Shown here: piece by piece, positions 37,831 to 50,456 of the stretch
Position numbering within the stretch: the first letter of the stretch is position 1
Layout of the letters: every line of letters starts with the position of its first letter
Source of the DNA: Macrostomum lignano
Taxonomy: Eukaryota
Direction of reading: 5' to 3'
Assembly (NCBI GenBank): GCA_002269645.1
Contig: NIVC01000412.1
Span: 931,296-995,295 of the forward strand
DNA length: 64,000 nt
Translations under genes and position numbers: made by a program
The notes under the pieces: model-generated
Databases searched by the model: none
Seen by the model: the letters and a program-made list of their open reading frames with translations, nothing else
What the model was told of the DNA's origin: nothing

Positions 37831-38639
37831 CTGAGATCTGGGATTCAGGGATGTGGAATCTATACACCCGAGGCGCGAATTACCTGCCGCGGAATCGCAT
37901 GCTGCATTGTTTTGCCCTCAAAGCCCACACAACAGGGCCTAACCAGATTAGCGAGTGAGCCCCGCCTCTTATTTATTCAGTCGCAATGGATCTTTTTTAT
38001 TAGTTTTTGTAAAAAAATCAAATTTCGTGCTGACTAATTGATTGCCGTGGGCTGGGAAAAAAACTGGGTTCAGAGAAATGTGAAAACAAAAAACTAAATC
38101 ACAAATATAGACCGCGTCTGAAAATTGAATTTCCGATTTGTACTTTTAATTTGATTGCATTGTAATGGTGCTTTTTTATTTTTACCGAATGGAACCCAAT
38201 CAGTTGATTCCGAGCCTACTGAAAAAAGTTTTATTAGTACCCCAGTTGTCATTGGCCCAGTAATCCACGCGGTCCCCGTTCGGAGAGTCCAGGAAGTGGA
38301 TGGTCGCTCCATATATAAATTCTCTGTCTTGGTGTCAGGACTGAAATACATGGATGATTGAAGCTGCAATTGCGATCTAGTGGTTGACGTAGGTACTTCT
38401 CCATAGTTGGAACAGAAAAGTCTACTTTTAGCCAGCCATGCACTTTTTCTAATCAATTCTATTAGGTACCCTGGTAGCTTCTGCATGAAAGATATTGACC
38501 TACCTCACTTGGGACGATTTTGAGGGTCAGCTGACCTCATTGACCTCCTCTGTATGCACAGGTCATAGATAATTCTATGACATTTATCTCGGGTCATAAA
38601 TAAGCTATGGCATTGATGCACGGGTCATAGACAATCCCA

Positions 38640-38966
38640 CTAGCAATCTACGCCCCCCGTTGGGGAGCCAAAGAAATGCAATACACGTTTTTTAATAAGC
38701 TACATGTAGCCTTGAAATCTTAAAAAATCTCCTGTCAAACCTTGCAAGCCTTGACATGTCAGTAATTCCCCCCCCACAAGCTTTAACATATCAACTCCCC
38801 CCTTGACATCTCAGCAATGCCCCAATAAGCCTTGGAAATCTAAAAATATCTGTCAACCTTCTAACCCTAAACCTAGCCTAACCCTAACCCTAACCCTAAC
38901 CCTAACCCTAACCTAACCCTAAAGCATTGAAATTTCAGTAATAATTCTCTCTAAGAGTCATTATAG
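38640..38966 (-). mobile_element. 5'-truncated Helitron fragment, inverted homolog of 12647-12913, with (TTAGGG)n
   Basis: On the minus strand GCTCCCC-AAC-GGGGGGC, 8 nt, CTAG|T. Body aligns with 12647-12913. Sits at an A|T step within the 32-bp satellite. Confidence 0.75.
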
Positions 38967-40225
38967 CCATGACATTAATGCACGGGTCATAGACAATCCC
39001 ATGACATTAATGCACGGGTCATAGACAATCCCATGACATTGATGCACGGGTCATAGATAATCCCATGACATTGATGCACGGGTCATAGATAATCCCATGA
39101 CATTAATGCACGGGTCATAGACAATCCCATGACATTGATGCACGGGTCATAGATAACCCCATGACATTGGTGCAAGGGTCATAGATAATCCCATGACATT
39201 GGTGCAAGTGTCATAGATAATCCCATGACATTGGTGCAAGGGTCATAGATAATCCCATGACATTGGTGGAAGTGTCATAGATAATCCCATGACATTAGTG
39301 CAAGGGTCATAGATAATCCCATGACATTGGTGCAAGTGTCATAGATAATCCCATGACATTGGTGAAAGGGTCATAGATAATCCCATGACATTGGTGCACG
39401 GTTCATAGATAACCCCATGACATTGGTGCAAGTGTCATAGATAATCCCATGACATTGATGCACGGGTCATAGATAATCCCATGACATTGGTGCAAGGGTC
39501 ATAGATAATCCCATGACATTGGTGTACGGGTCATAGATAATCCCATGACATTGGTGCACGGGTCATAGATAATCCCATGACATTGGTGCAAGGGTCATAG
39601 ACAATCCCATGACATTGATGTACGGGTCATAGATAATCCCATGACATTGATGCACGGGTCATAGACAATCCCATGACATTGATGTACGGGTCATAGATAA
39701 TCCCATGACATTGGTGTACGGGTCATAGATAATCCCATGACATTGGTGCAAGGGTCATAGATAATCCCATGACATTGGTGTACGGGTCATAGATAATCCC
39801 ATGACATTGGTGCACGGGTCATAGATAATCCCATGACATTGGTGCAAGGGTCATAGACAATCCCATGACATTGATGTACGGGTCATAGATAATCCCATGA
39901 CATTGATGCACGGGTCATAGACAATCCCATGACATTGATGTACGGGTCATAGATAATCCCATGACATTGGTGTACGGGTCATAGATAATCCCATGACATT
40001 GGTGTACGGGTCATAGATAATCCCATGACATTGGTGCACGGGTCATAGATAATCCCATGACATTGGTGCAAGGGTCATAGATAATCCCATGACATTGGTG
40101 CACGGGCCATAGATAATCCCATGACATTGGTGCACGGGTCATAGATAATCCCATGACATTGGTGCACGGGTCATAGATAATACCATGACATTGGTGCACG
40201 GGTCATAGATAATCCCATGACATTG
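38965..40225. repeat. 32-bp satellite (ATGACATTGGTGCAAGGGTCATAGATAATCCC), intron 11
   Basis: Period 32; about 39 units. Confidence 0.97.
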
Positions 40226-40279
40226 AATGCTAAAAAATATTTTTACTGCACTTGGTACAACTTTTTTAATTCAAACCAG

Positions 40280-40717
40280 GTAAAGCACAGTTTTGCCGCC
40301 AAACGACTGTGCCTTGTACCGGTCTCCGTGCATCTCAACAGCAACTGCGAAACTGATCTACTAGTAAGGCTGGATGCCAGAGAGATCCAGTCTTCTTCTA
40401 GCAGCTCGCAGCAACAGCAGCAACAACAGCAACAGCAGCAGCAACATCGCCAGTTGTCATCTGGCTACGCATGGGTCGGCTTTAGCGGCAAGACCCTCAC
40501 CCTGCCAGCCGGTTGCAGCCGTCAGGTCAGTCTGTGCGCCGCTTTCTCCTCCCCCGGCGTGTACGACTTGCAGACGCTGACGCTGCGGTCAGCTCAGATC
40601 AGCTCGCCAGCTGGGTCTGGCGGCAGCGGCGGTGGTAGCGGAGATCCTGTGTTTGTGCGGCACGAGGCCGCCAACCTGGTTGCCGCTCGCTACCTGATCC
40701 AGGTGGTTGACTGCTGA
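40280..40717 (+). CDS. TRAPPC8: TRAPPC8 exon 12 (last coding exon)
   Basis: VKHSFAAKRLCLVPVSVHL...YAWVGFS...CAAFSSPGVYDL...TGA. The twelve exons sum to 4419 nt (1472 aa plus stop), close to known TRAPPC8 length. Confidence 0.9.
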   Translation, partial: VKHSFAAKRLCLVPVSVHLNSNCETDLLVRLDAREIQSSSSSSQQQQQQQQQQQQHRQLSSGYAWVGFSGKTLTLPAGCSRQVSLCAAFSSPGVYDLQTLTLRSAQISSPAGSGGSGGGSGDPVFVRHEAANLVAARYLIQVVDC

Positions 40718-40796
40718 GCGAGTACAGGTCTTTTAAATTTTTTAAATTGACGTTTTGAGTGACTTTTTAATTGACCTGCTATTTTAAACATTTTAG

Positions 40797-41375
40797 ATAT
40801 GATTTTGAATGGCATAGGGTGAAATTTTGAATGGCATAGGGTGAGATTTTGAATGGCATAAAGTGAGATTTTGAATGGCATAAGATGAGATTTTGAATGG
40901 CATGGGATAAGATTTTTAATGGCATGGGATGAGATTTTGAATGGCATGGGATAAGATTTTTAATGGCATGGGATGAGATTTTTAATGGCTTAGGGTGAGA
41001 TTTCGAATGGCATAAAGTGAGATTTTGAATGGCATAAGATGAGATTTTGAATGGCATAAAGTGAGATTTTGAATGGCATAAAGTGAGATTTTGAATGGCA
41101 TAGGGTGAGATTTTGAATGGCATGGGATAAGATTTTTAATGGCATTGGATGAGATTTTAATGGCTTAGGGTGAGATTTTGAATGGCATAGAATAAGATTT
41201 TGAATGCATAGGATGATATTTTTATTGGCATGGGATGAGACTTTGAATGGCATAGAATGAGATTTCGAATTCATGGGATGAGATTTTGAATGACAGGATG
41301 ATATTTTTTATGGCATGGGATGAGACTTTGAATGCATGGGATGAGATTTTGAATGGCATACGATGAGATTTTGAA
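40797..41375. repeat. 22-bp satellite (TGAGATTTTGAATGGCATGGGA), array 1
   Basis: Begins ~80 bp after the TRAPPC8 stop codon. Confidence 0.95.
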
Positions 41376-41999
41376 TAAACGGATTTGAATGCAGCTAAAT
41401 GATGAAATTTTGTATGTAATTTTTTCACTTTCAACAAATAAGGCTATTTATAGATATTTAAAACAATGGTAAGGATATTTGAATGGCTTAAATGGTATTA
41501 TTATGGCAACGCTATGAATAAAAAGTCTGAGATTTTTTAAACGATTGAGAAGATCAGATTTTGAGTCAAAGCTATTCAGAACTGCAGCTTGTCCCAAATA
41601 TTTATTTGAAATGAAATTGCTTGCTTCCTTATTTACCTCTTATCGTTATAGAATTATTATGGTTACCGTACTACCGCATAATAATCAGCATTCACTGTTT
41701 AGTTGTTATATATGATTGAACAGCATTAATTGTTTTCAATTATTGACAGTTTAGTTTATGCTTAGGCAATGCTTTATTGTGAGTGTTAACTTCATTGATT
41801 GTTCATTTTTCAATATAATTTTTACGATATATACTTCTAAGCCTGATATGTGCATTGAAATATGTCGAATGGATTATAAATTTTGAACTCGTTTTAATTA
41901 GTCATTTAATGTGATTAATCAATTATTGGTTTTGTGAATTGTTATTTCTTTTATTTATGTAAGTATGGAATTTTTTTAAGCTGCGTAAAGGGTTTAGGA

Positions 42000-44012
42000 T
42001 AGGGTGAGATTTTTAGAAGCTGCATCAAGGGTATGAGATCTACAGTGAGATTTCGGAGGCTCCATCAAGGGTGTGAGATCTAGGGTTAGATTTTGAAAGC
42101 TGCATCAAGGGTATGAGATCTAGAGTAAGATTTCTGAAGCTGCATCTGGGGTATCAGATCTAGGGTGAGATTTGATTTCTGAAGCTGCATCTGGGGTATG
42201 AGATCTAGGGTGAGATTTCTGAAGCTGCATCTGGGGTATCAGATCTAGGGTGAGATTTGATTTCTGAAGCTGCATCTGGGGTATGAGATCTAGGGTGAGA
42301 TTTCTGAAGCTGCATCTGGGGTATGAGGTCTAGGATGAGATTTCGGAAGCTGCATCTGGGGTATGAGATCTAGGGTGAGATTTCGGAAGCTGCATCTGGG
42401 GTATGAGATCTAGGGTGAGATTTCTGAAGCTGCATCTGGGGTATGAGATCTAGGGTGAGATTTCTGAAGCTGCATCTGGGTATCAGATCTAGGGTGAGAT
42501 TTGATTTCTGAAGCTGCATCTGGGGTATGAGATCTAGGGTGAGATTTCTGAAGCTGCATCTGGGGTATGAGATCTAGGGTGAGATTTGATTTCTGAAGCT
42601 GCATCTGGGGTATGAGATCTAGGGTGAGATTTCTGAAGCTGCATCTGGGGTATCAGATCTAGGATGAGAGTTCGGAAGCTGCATCTGGGGTATGAGGTCT
42701 AGGATGAGATTTCTGAAGCTGCATCTGGGGTATGAGGTCTAGGATGAGATTTCGGAAGCTGCATCTGGGGTATGAGATCTAGGGTGAGATTTCGGAAGCT
42801 GCATCTGGGGTATGAGATCTAGAGTGAGATTTCTGAAGCTGCATCTGGGGTATGAGGTCTAGGATGAGATTTCGGAAGCTGCATCTGGGGTATGAGATCT
42901 AGGGTGAGATTTCTGAAGCTGCATCTGGGGTATGAGATCTAGGGTGAGATTTCGGAAGCTGCATCTGGGGTATGAGATCTAGGGTGAGATTTCTGAAGCT
43001 GCATCTGGGGTATGAGGTCTAGGATGAGATTTCGGAAGCTGCATCTGGGGTATGAGGTCTAGGATGAGATTTCTGAAGCTGCATCTGGGGTATCAGATCT
43101 AGGGTGAGATTTGATTTCTGAAGCTGCATCTGGGGTATGAGATCTAGGGTGAGATTTCTGAAGCTGCATCTGGGGTATGAGATCTAGGGTGAGATTTGAT
43201 TTCTGAAGCTGCATCTGGGGTATGAGATCTAGGGTGAGATTTCTGAAGCTGCATCTGGGGTATCAGATCTAGGATGAGAGTTCGGAAGCTGCATCTGGGG
43301 TATGAGATCTAGGGTGAGATTTCTGAAGCTGCATCTGGGGTATCAGATCTAGGATGAGAGTTCGGAAGCTGCATCTGGGGTATGAGGTCTAGGATGAGAT
43401 TTCTGAAGCTGCATCTGGGGTATGAGGTCTAGGATGAGATTTCGGAAGCTGCATCTGGGGTATGAGATCTAGGGTGAGATTTCTGAAGCTGCATCTGGGG
43501 TATGAGGCCTAGGATGAGATTTCGGAAGCTGCATCTGGGGTATGAGATCTAGGGTGAGATTTCGGAAGCTGCATCTGAGGTATGAGATCTAGAGTGAGAT
43601 TTCTGAAGCTGCATCTGGGGTATGAGGTCTAGGATGAGATTTCGGAAGCTGCATCTGGGGTATGAGATCTAGGGTGAGATTTCTGAAGCTGCATCTGGGG
43701 TATCAGATCTAGGGTGAGATTTGATTTCTGAAGCTGCATCTGGGGTATGAGATCTAGGGTGAGATTTCTGAAGCTGCATCTGGGGTATGAGATCTAGGGT
43801 GAGATTTGATTTCTGAAGCTGCATCTGGGGTATGAGATCTAGGGTGAGATTTCTGAAGCTGCATCTGGGGTATCAGATCTAGGATGAGAGTTCGGAAGCT
43901 GCATCTGGGGTATGAGGTCTAGGATGAGATTTCTGAAGCTGCATCTGGGGTATGAGGTCTAGGATGAGATTTCGGAAGCTGCATCTGGGGTGTGAGATCT
44001 AGGATGAGATTT
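42000..44012. repeat. 40-bp satellite (GATTTCTGAAGCTGCATCTGGGGTATGAGATCTAGGGTGA) with 45-bp variants
   Basis: Direct inspection; shares GGGTGAGATTT with the 22-bp family. Confidence 0.97.
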
Positions 44013-44584
44013 GATGGTTTAGAAATATTTTTTCCAAAATGTCTAGTTAATTCTGTCAGCATATCATGATTCCAGAGAGTTAATTTAGCAGATTTAAAAA
44101 AGTCAACATATTTTTTATCCGCATGAGCGGTTTGACAGTAAAGTCGCAGATGGTCAGTTTTAATTAGATTTCAGTTTAAAAAATCCTTAACCTTACGCAG
44201 TGTGGCTCCATTATTATGCTTGCGTGACCACTTTGAGCAGACTAATTCAACTCGGATTGAAATCAAAGCTTTTCATCCAACGTTCTTCTGTGTATCTTTT
44301 AATATAAATTGAGAATAAATGTAATTTTTGTGAAACATTATGGAATATTTGATAGTCAAATTTATCATTTCTGATGCAGATAGGAAGTTGTCAGATTTTG
44401 TAGCACAGATTTCCCAACATCTCACCTCATTGGGATTTCCCAATTTCAAATTAGAATTTCGTGCGAGGGGCGCCGTACACGATTTCTAAAGTGATTTTGC
44501 AATGCGTTCAATGGGGGTTTCCCATAGACGAATTTGTTTAGTATTTATCTAGAAAAAATACATTTAGGAAATATGGCGTCGGGT

Positions 44585-45495
44585 GAGACTTTGAATGACA
44601 TGACATGAGATTTTGAATGCATGGGATGAGATTTTGAATGGCAGGGGATGAGATTTTGAATGGCAGGGGATGAGATTTTGAATGGCATGGGATGAGATTT
44701 TGAATGACAGGGGATGAGATTTTGAATGGCATGGGATGAGATTTTGAATGACAGGGGATGAGATTTTGAATGGCATGGGATGAGATTTTGATCGGGATTG
44801 GATGAGATTTTGAATGACAGGGGATGAGATTTTGAATGGCATGGGATGAGATTTTGAATGGCAGGGGATGAGATTTTGAATGGCAGGGGATGAGATTTTG
44901 AATGGCAGGGGATGAGATTTTGAATGGGATTGGATGAGATTTTGAATGGCAGGGGATGAGATTTTGAATGGGATTGGATGAGATTTTGAATGGCAGGGGA
45001 TGAGATTTTGAATGGCAGGGGATGAGATTTTGAATGGGATTGGATGAGATTTTGAATGGTATGGGATGAGATTTTGAATGGCAGGGGATGAGATTTTGAA
45101 TGGCAGGGGATGAGATTTTGAATGGCATGGGATAAGATTTTGAATGGTATGAGATGAGATTTTGAATGGCATGGGATGAGATTTTGAATGGTATGGGATG
45201 AGATTTTGAATCGCATGGGATGAGATTTTGAATGGCATGGGATGAGATTTTGAATGGCATGGGATAAGATTTTGAATGGCATGGGATGAGATTTTGAATG
45301 GCATGGGATGAGATTTTGAATGGCAGGGGATGAGATTTTGAATGGCATGGGATAAGATTTTGAATGGTATGAGATGACATTTTGAATGGTATGAGATGAC
45401 ATTTTGAATGGCATGGGATGAGATTTTGAATGGTATGAGATGACATTTTGAATGGCAGGGGATGAGATTTTGAATGGCAGGGGATGAGATTTTTC
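44585..45495. repeat. 22-bp satellite, array 2
   Basis: Same unit as 40797-41375. Confidence 0.96.
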
Positions 45496-45605
45496 ATGGT
45501 ACATGGTTCACAGTTTTCAAGCCTCAATTTTCAACGCCTGTAACAAATTGCGAATTGCAGCCGGCTGAGCAGTATATAATTGTCTAAACAGCTACATTGC
45601 GTCAC

Positions 45606-46742
45606 ATGCTTCTCACAATAGCCCTGTTCCTGCTGTGCTGCTCGCTCATCCTATTGATCCGCGCTGCCGCCTCCCTGGCCGATCGGCGGGGAGTCTGCAG
45701 CTTCGCAGTTGAAGAGCAGCAGCAGCAGCAGAAGCAACGGCCAGAAGAAGACCAGAAGGAAGCGGAAGATCCTGGAATCAAGCTGCTCGATCCGCAGGTT
45801 GCAGCGGCTGTGGCCGAACTGGCCGAGCTGGTCTTTCATCGGCAGCTGGCCGGTGAAGCGTGGTGTCCGGCCAGCCTGTCCAGACGTTTTCGTCGCCTTA
45901 TTCAGCGGTTCCTGTTGGCCGCGGCCGTTCGGCTGGCTCGGGTCGACTGGCACCGCCTGTGCCATCGCCGACTGCTGCCGCTGGCCGCGGCGCACGCTCT
46001 CCAGCTTCGCCGATGCCAGCAGAGCCGACAGCAACTCGGACGGCCGGCTCGGCCAGCCGCCAAGCTGCCCGTGCCGGAGTTCCTTCGCAACGACGCCGAC
46101 GAGCGTCGACTGCTGCAAGCCGTCGCCGGCCGCCTGCTGGACAGTCTGGACTCCGAGGCCGCCGCTCTCGGCCGCTGCCTGCCTGTGCGTGTGGCTTTGA
46201 CTGACTTGCTGGCCCGGTACGTCCTCCAGCCGGCCATGGACTCGGCCACCTGTCCGGAAGTCCTCGCCCGTCTCGTCTCCGGCCACTTGGCCGAGCGCAG
46301 TCGTCGGATTCGATACGAACGAATTGCGGCCGGCAGTTTTGAAGATTTCGTACGGCAAATTTTACAATGCGAATCGGCGCCAGCTCTGCGCCAATTGCGC
46401 GCCAGTGTGCGCGCCGAAATTTTGCACGCTAGCGCGCTGCGAACTCTGCAGCGTCAACAGCAGCAAGGCGCCCAGGCTGCTGTACAGTATTCATCTAAAG
46501 CTGGCCAGCTGATGAACCGCGATTTGCGACGCTACCTGAACCAGCTGGGCCAGTGCGAGGCGCTCTGCCAGCAGCGGCTGGCTGGCCTGCTGTCAGACAA
46601 GTCCGTCGGAGTCGGCGGCATTGGCGATGGTGGCGGAGGCGGCGGCTGTGACGACGGCTCAGGCGAGTCGTACAGTAGAGAATTTGACGATCTCGAAGAC
46701 GTGGAAGCGGAGCGAGCGTCTTTGCAAGTTTACTCACTGCAG
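45606..46742 (+). CDS. SNX25: SNX25-like sorting nexin exon 1 (TM anchor plus PXA domain)
   Basis: Hydrophobic N-terminus; PXA; SFEDFVRQI...LRQLRASVRAEI...DLRRYLNQL...CQQRL resembles the SNX25/snazarus post-PXA block; donor CAG|GTAGGG. An upstream exon cannot be excluded. Confidence 0.8.
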
Positions 46743-46813
46743 GTAGGGTGCGAAACCGAACTCTGTTCAATCGATTAACACTCACTTAACAACACTACAC
46801 CTTTAACTGCCAG

Positions 46814-48031
46814 GTAATCCTTGAGCACGAAGCCTTCCGAGCTGAATTTCGCAGATTCGTGTCGCAGCGACAACCTGACGAAGCCGTCCTGTTGGACTAC
46901 TGGGCGGCTGCAAAACGACTATCGGAGCTCGCTGCTGCCGCTGACTGCAGCTCAGAACTGGCTCTGCGAAGATTATACGATGAGGCCTGGCAGCTGTACA
47001 AGCGCTACCTACATCGAGGCACTTCACAGTTAGTCTACATCGCTCCCGCAACCCAGAGTGCCGCTGTAAATTTTAACTTAGCTCGGGATTTTCTGCTTGG
47101 CCGTTCATTAAGCGTCGAGGGTTTTGAAGCGATTGCGCGAGATGTGGCCAACTGCGCCGAGCAGTTCTGGTACTGCACCTTCGTTATTAGTCCGCAGTTT
47201 GAGAATTTCTGTAGGCGAGGCTTGACACCTGACAATGCTCTCGCTGACGGAGATAACTCTTCTTCTTTGGCATCTACTTATCTGTCGACGTCCGCATCAT
47301 TAGGTACAATATCCGCATCCGTAAAGTCGACATCCGCATCGTCAGGGATGACATCCGCATCCGTTAAGTCAACATCCGCATCGTCAGGGATGACATCCGC
47401 ATCCGTTAAGTCAACATCCGCATCGTCAGGGATGACATCCGCATCCGTTAAGTCAACATCCGCATCGTCAGGGATGACATCCGCACCCGTTAAGTCAACA
47501 TCCGCATCTGTTAATTCAACATCCACATCTTCAGGGACAACATCCGCATCCGTTAAGTCAACATCCGCATCTTCAGGGATGGCATCCGCATCGTCAGAGA
47601 TGACATCTGCATCCTTTATGTCAACATCCGTATCATCAGGGATGGCGTCTTTAGCATCAGCTCCCGCAGAGACAAAATCCTCATTACCAGCAGCGTCATC
47701 TGCGGCATTGTCAAAACTTGCGACACTTCCGCCTGACGATCCGTGCAGCGATGCCCTCGCTGCTCTGGACGCGCGCATTCGCCGCAAACAAGTTCAGCTC
47801 GACGCGTTTCAACGACACAACGTTGACTGCGGCGACGACATTGATGCCGCCGTGTTTCCATCGGCCGCGTTCAGCGATCGTCTGGCCGCGGAGCTGTCCG
47901 GCTTGCATCTGGAGCGGAGGCGGCTGATCGCCTATGCTGAAATCGCCGATGCCTGGATGGAGCGTCTTGGTCGATGGCGAGTTCGGCTGTTGACCGACGC
48001 TCGCAGCGGCGCAAGTTCGGTGCTGTTTCAG
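46814..48031 (+). CDS. SNX25: SNX25-like exon 2 (RGS domain, S/T repeat, coiled coil)
   Basis: VILEHEAFRAEFRRFV...LLDYWAAA...LYKRYL (RGS); DAWMERLGRWRV resembles SNX25 DWWCENLGMWKA; follows a 71-bp intron. Confidence 0.82.
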
Positions 48032-48097
48032 GTTGGTACAAATGGCCGATTGTAAAGTTTGAAATCAACTTTTAAATTGTGCCGCGCGTTTGCACAG

Positions 48098-48558
48098 GTC
48101 TGCTGCCCGCCACAAGCCTCCGGTACCGAGTCAGTGCCAGCTGGGGACTGCATCGGCTGGCAGGTCAGCGTGTCGCTGGAGTCGGTTCGCCGGCTCAGCG
48201 TTGAGCTCAGCCAGCTGCTATCGTCGGCATCGGCAAGACGATCGTCGGCCGGAATCTCTCGAGCTCTGTCCCGCCCGGGGCCAGAATCGGCCGAGGCCTA
48301 CTTGAACGCGGCGCTCTCCGATCCGGTGGCCTGCGCTTGCGACTCGCTGCATCGACTGCTCACCGAGTCTGCCTATACTGCTCATCCCCGATCATCGCAC
48401 GATCTGCCAAAGCCGCCGCCGTTGCCGCCTTTGCCTGTTTCGACAGCGGCGCCAGCCGACGGTCTTGGCCCGCTGTGCATCTCCCCGTCTCTGAAGTCCA
48501 TCTCTGCTAGCCAGCAGCTGCAGCAGAAACAGTCTCAGGCCTCATCTTCAGCAGCCAG
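48098..48558 (+). CDS. SNX25: SNX25-like exon 3 (divergent PX domain)
   Basis: GWQVSVSLESVRRLSVEL...EAYLNAALSDPVACACDSLHRLL occupies the PX position; follows a 66-bp intron; donor AG|GTGCGA. Confidence 0.72.
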
Positions 48559-48886
48559 GTGCGAAAAAGTTTTCATTTGGATGTTTGACGGCTCAGAAAG
48601 TCATTTCCGTTATTAAATTCATAGATTTATAAAAAGATTATCAGCTTTGCTAAGACAGATGGTTGGCTCGGTTTTTAGGAAATTAAACAGGCTATTTTTA
48701 TGCTTGGTACTTATAGAACACCTGTTAGATATATTATGCCTCATTATAGTGACGTATTTTTTATGAGTTGTGCTAACTGCGTTCACCAGGGAAATTCAGG
48801 AGAGGCATACGGATTCACCTATCAAAATAGAATATATTTGCAATTACACCTCCTGCAACTCATCTATCTTAACACAATTATCCGTT

Positions 48887-49765
48887 CACCAACCATCCGT
48901 TCACCAACCATCCGTTCACCAATCCTCCGTTCACTAATCCACTATTCACTAATCCTCAGTTCACCAATCCTCAGTTCATTAATCCCCAGTTCACTAATCC
49001 CCAGTTCACTAATCCCCAGTTCACCAATCCTCAGTTCACCAATCCTCAGTTCATTAATCCTCAGTTCATTAATCCCCAGTTCACCAATCCTCAGTTCACC
49101 AATCCTCAGTTCACCAATCCTCAGTTCACCAATCCTCAGTTCACCAATCCTCAGATCACTAATCCTCAGTTCACCAATCCTCAGTTCACCAATCCTCAGA
49201 TCACTAATCCTCAGATCACTAATCCTCAGTTCACTAATCCTCAGATCACCAATCCTCAGATCACCAATCCTCAGATCACTAATCCTTAGATCACCAATCC
49301 TCAGATCACCAATCCTCAGATCACTAATCCTCAGATCACCAATCCTCAGATCACCAATCCTCAGATCACCAATCCTCAGATCACCAATCCTCAGATCACT
49401 AATCCTCAGATCACCAATCCTCAGATCACTAATCCTTAGATCACTAATCCTCAGATCACCAATCCTCAGATCACCAATCCTCAGATCACTAATCCTCAGA
49501 TCACTAATCCTCAGATCACTAATCCTCAGATCACCAATCCTCAGATCACCAATCCTCAGATCACTAATCCTCAGTTCACCAATCCTCAGTTCAACAATCC
49601 TCAGTTCACCAATCCTCAGATCACCAATCCTCAGATCACTAATCCTTAGATCACCAATCCTCAGTTCAACAATCCTCAGTTCACCAATCCTCAGATCACT
49701 AATCCTCAGATCACTAATCCTCAGATCACTAATCCTCAGATCACCAATCCTCAGATCACTAATCC
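48887..49765. repeat. 15-bp minisatellite (TCACCAATCCTCAGA), SNX25 intron 3
   Basis: About 58 units. Confidence 0.96.
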
Positions 49766-49788
49766 TTCATCATTCGTCAATCCTCCAG

Positions 49789-50260
49789 GCAGCAGCCGCC
49801 GGAGCCGCTCGCCGACGCCGTCTTTCATCTGGCCGACGCCGTCTTCGACCTCGCTGGCTCGTCCAGCGCGCCCCGCCGCCTGCTGCACCTGTTCGCCATG
49901 CACGCCGGCGGCCAGACCACCGCAGAGCGCTGGTGCCGCGACCTCCTGGCGGCCTGGACGGGGCCGGAGGCTTCGCTGTCCTACTTGAGCGCGCTGCGGG
50001 ACACCCTGTGGCCACCAGCGGAGGCAGCGGCCTCTCGTCATGACGACTTCGAGCAGCGGCGACAGGACGGCTCAGAATCGGCGCGGTGCCTGCAGCTGAT
50101 GCAGGCCAGCCTCCCGGAGCCGGCGCTGCTGCTGCTGGGCGAGCGGAGCGCCAGGCAGGGGGTGGCCTTCCTGCACTGGATGTTCACCTGCAGCCAGGTG
50201 GCTAATAAGGCCCTGCTGTACGGCTGGCTCTTGGCTCTCTTGGAGGAGGTCGCTCTATAG
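49789..50260 (+). CDS. SNX25: SNX25-like exon 4 (Nexin_C/PXC domain)
   Basis: EPLADAVFHLADAVFDL...YLSALRDTLWPP...QVANKALLYGWLLALLEEV*. Total CDS 3288 nt (1095 aa). Confidence 0.85.
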
Positions 50261-50262
50261 GT

Positions 50263-50456
50263 TTGTACCCTCCCAAATCCTCAGTTGCTGGGCCAGCCTC
50301 CCAGATCCTCAGTTGCTGGGCCAGCCTCCCAGATCCTCAGTTGCTGGGCCAGCCTCCCAGATCCCCAGTTGCTGGGCCAGCCTCCCAGATCCTCAGTTGC
50401 TGGGCCAGCCTCCCAGATCCCCAGTTGCTGGGCCAGCCTCCCAGATCCTCAGTCAC
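50263..50456. repeat. 28-bp minisatellite, same family as 19010-19388
   Basis: Starts directly after the SNX25 stop codon. Confidence 0.93.

Noticed and set aside
38094-38486. 130-aa minus-strand ORF in intron 11
   Set aside because: No recognisable domain or splice context, so it cannot be supported as a gene.
38857-38920. (CCCTAA)n as a chromosome end or telomere-healing site
   Set aside because: It is a short tract inside a dispersed element whose homolog at ~12690 carries the same repeat.
44538-45527. 300+ aa ORFs in the 22-bp satellite, and similar ORFs at 15930-16670, 36105-36630 and 48700-50043
   Set aside because: They are by-products of stop-free repeat units and have no domain content.
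47278-47787. Acidic antisense ORF (DADVIPDDADVDLT)n
   Set aside because: Reverse-strand shadow of the SNX25 coding repeat.
45606-50260. Calling the nexin SNX13 or SNX14
   Set aside because: The post-PXA helical block and the DxW.E.LG.W motif fit SNX25/snazarus better. A phylogeny is still needed.
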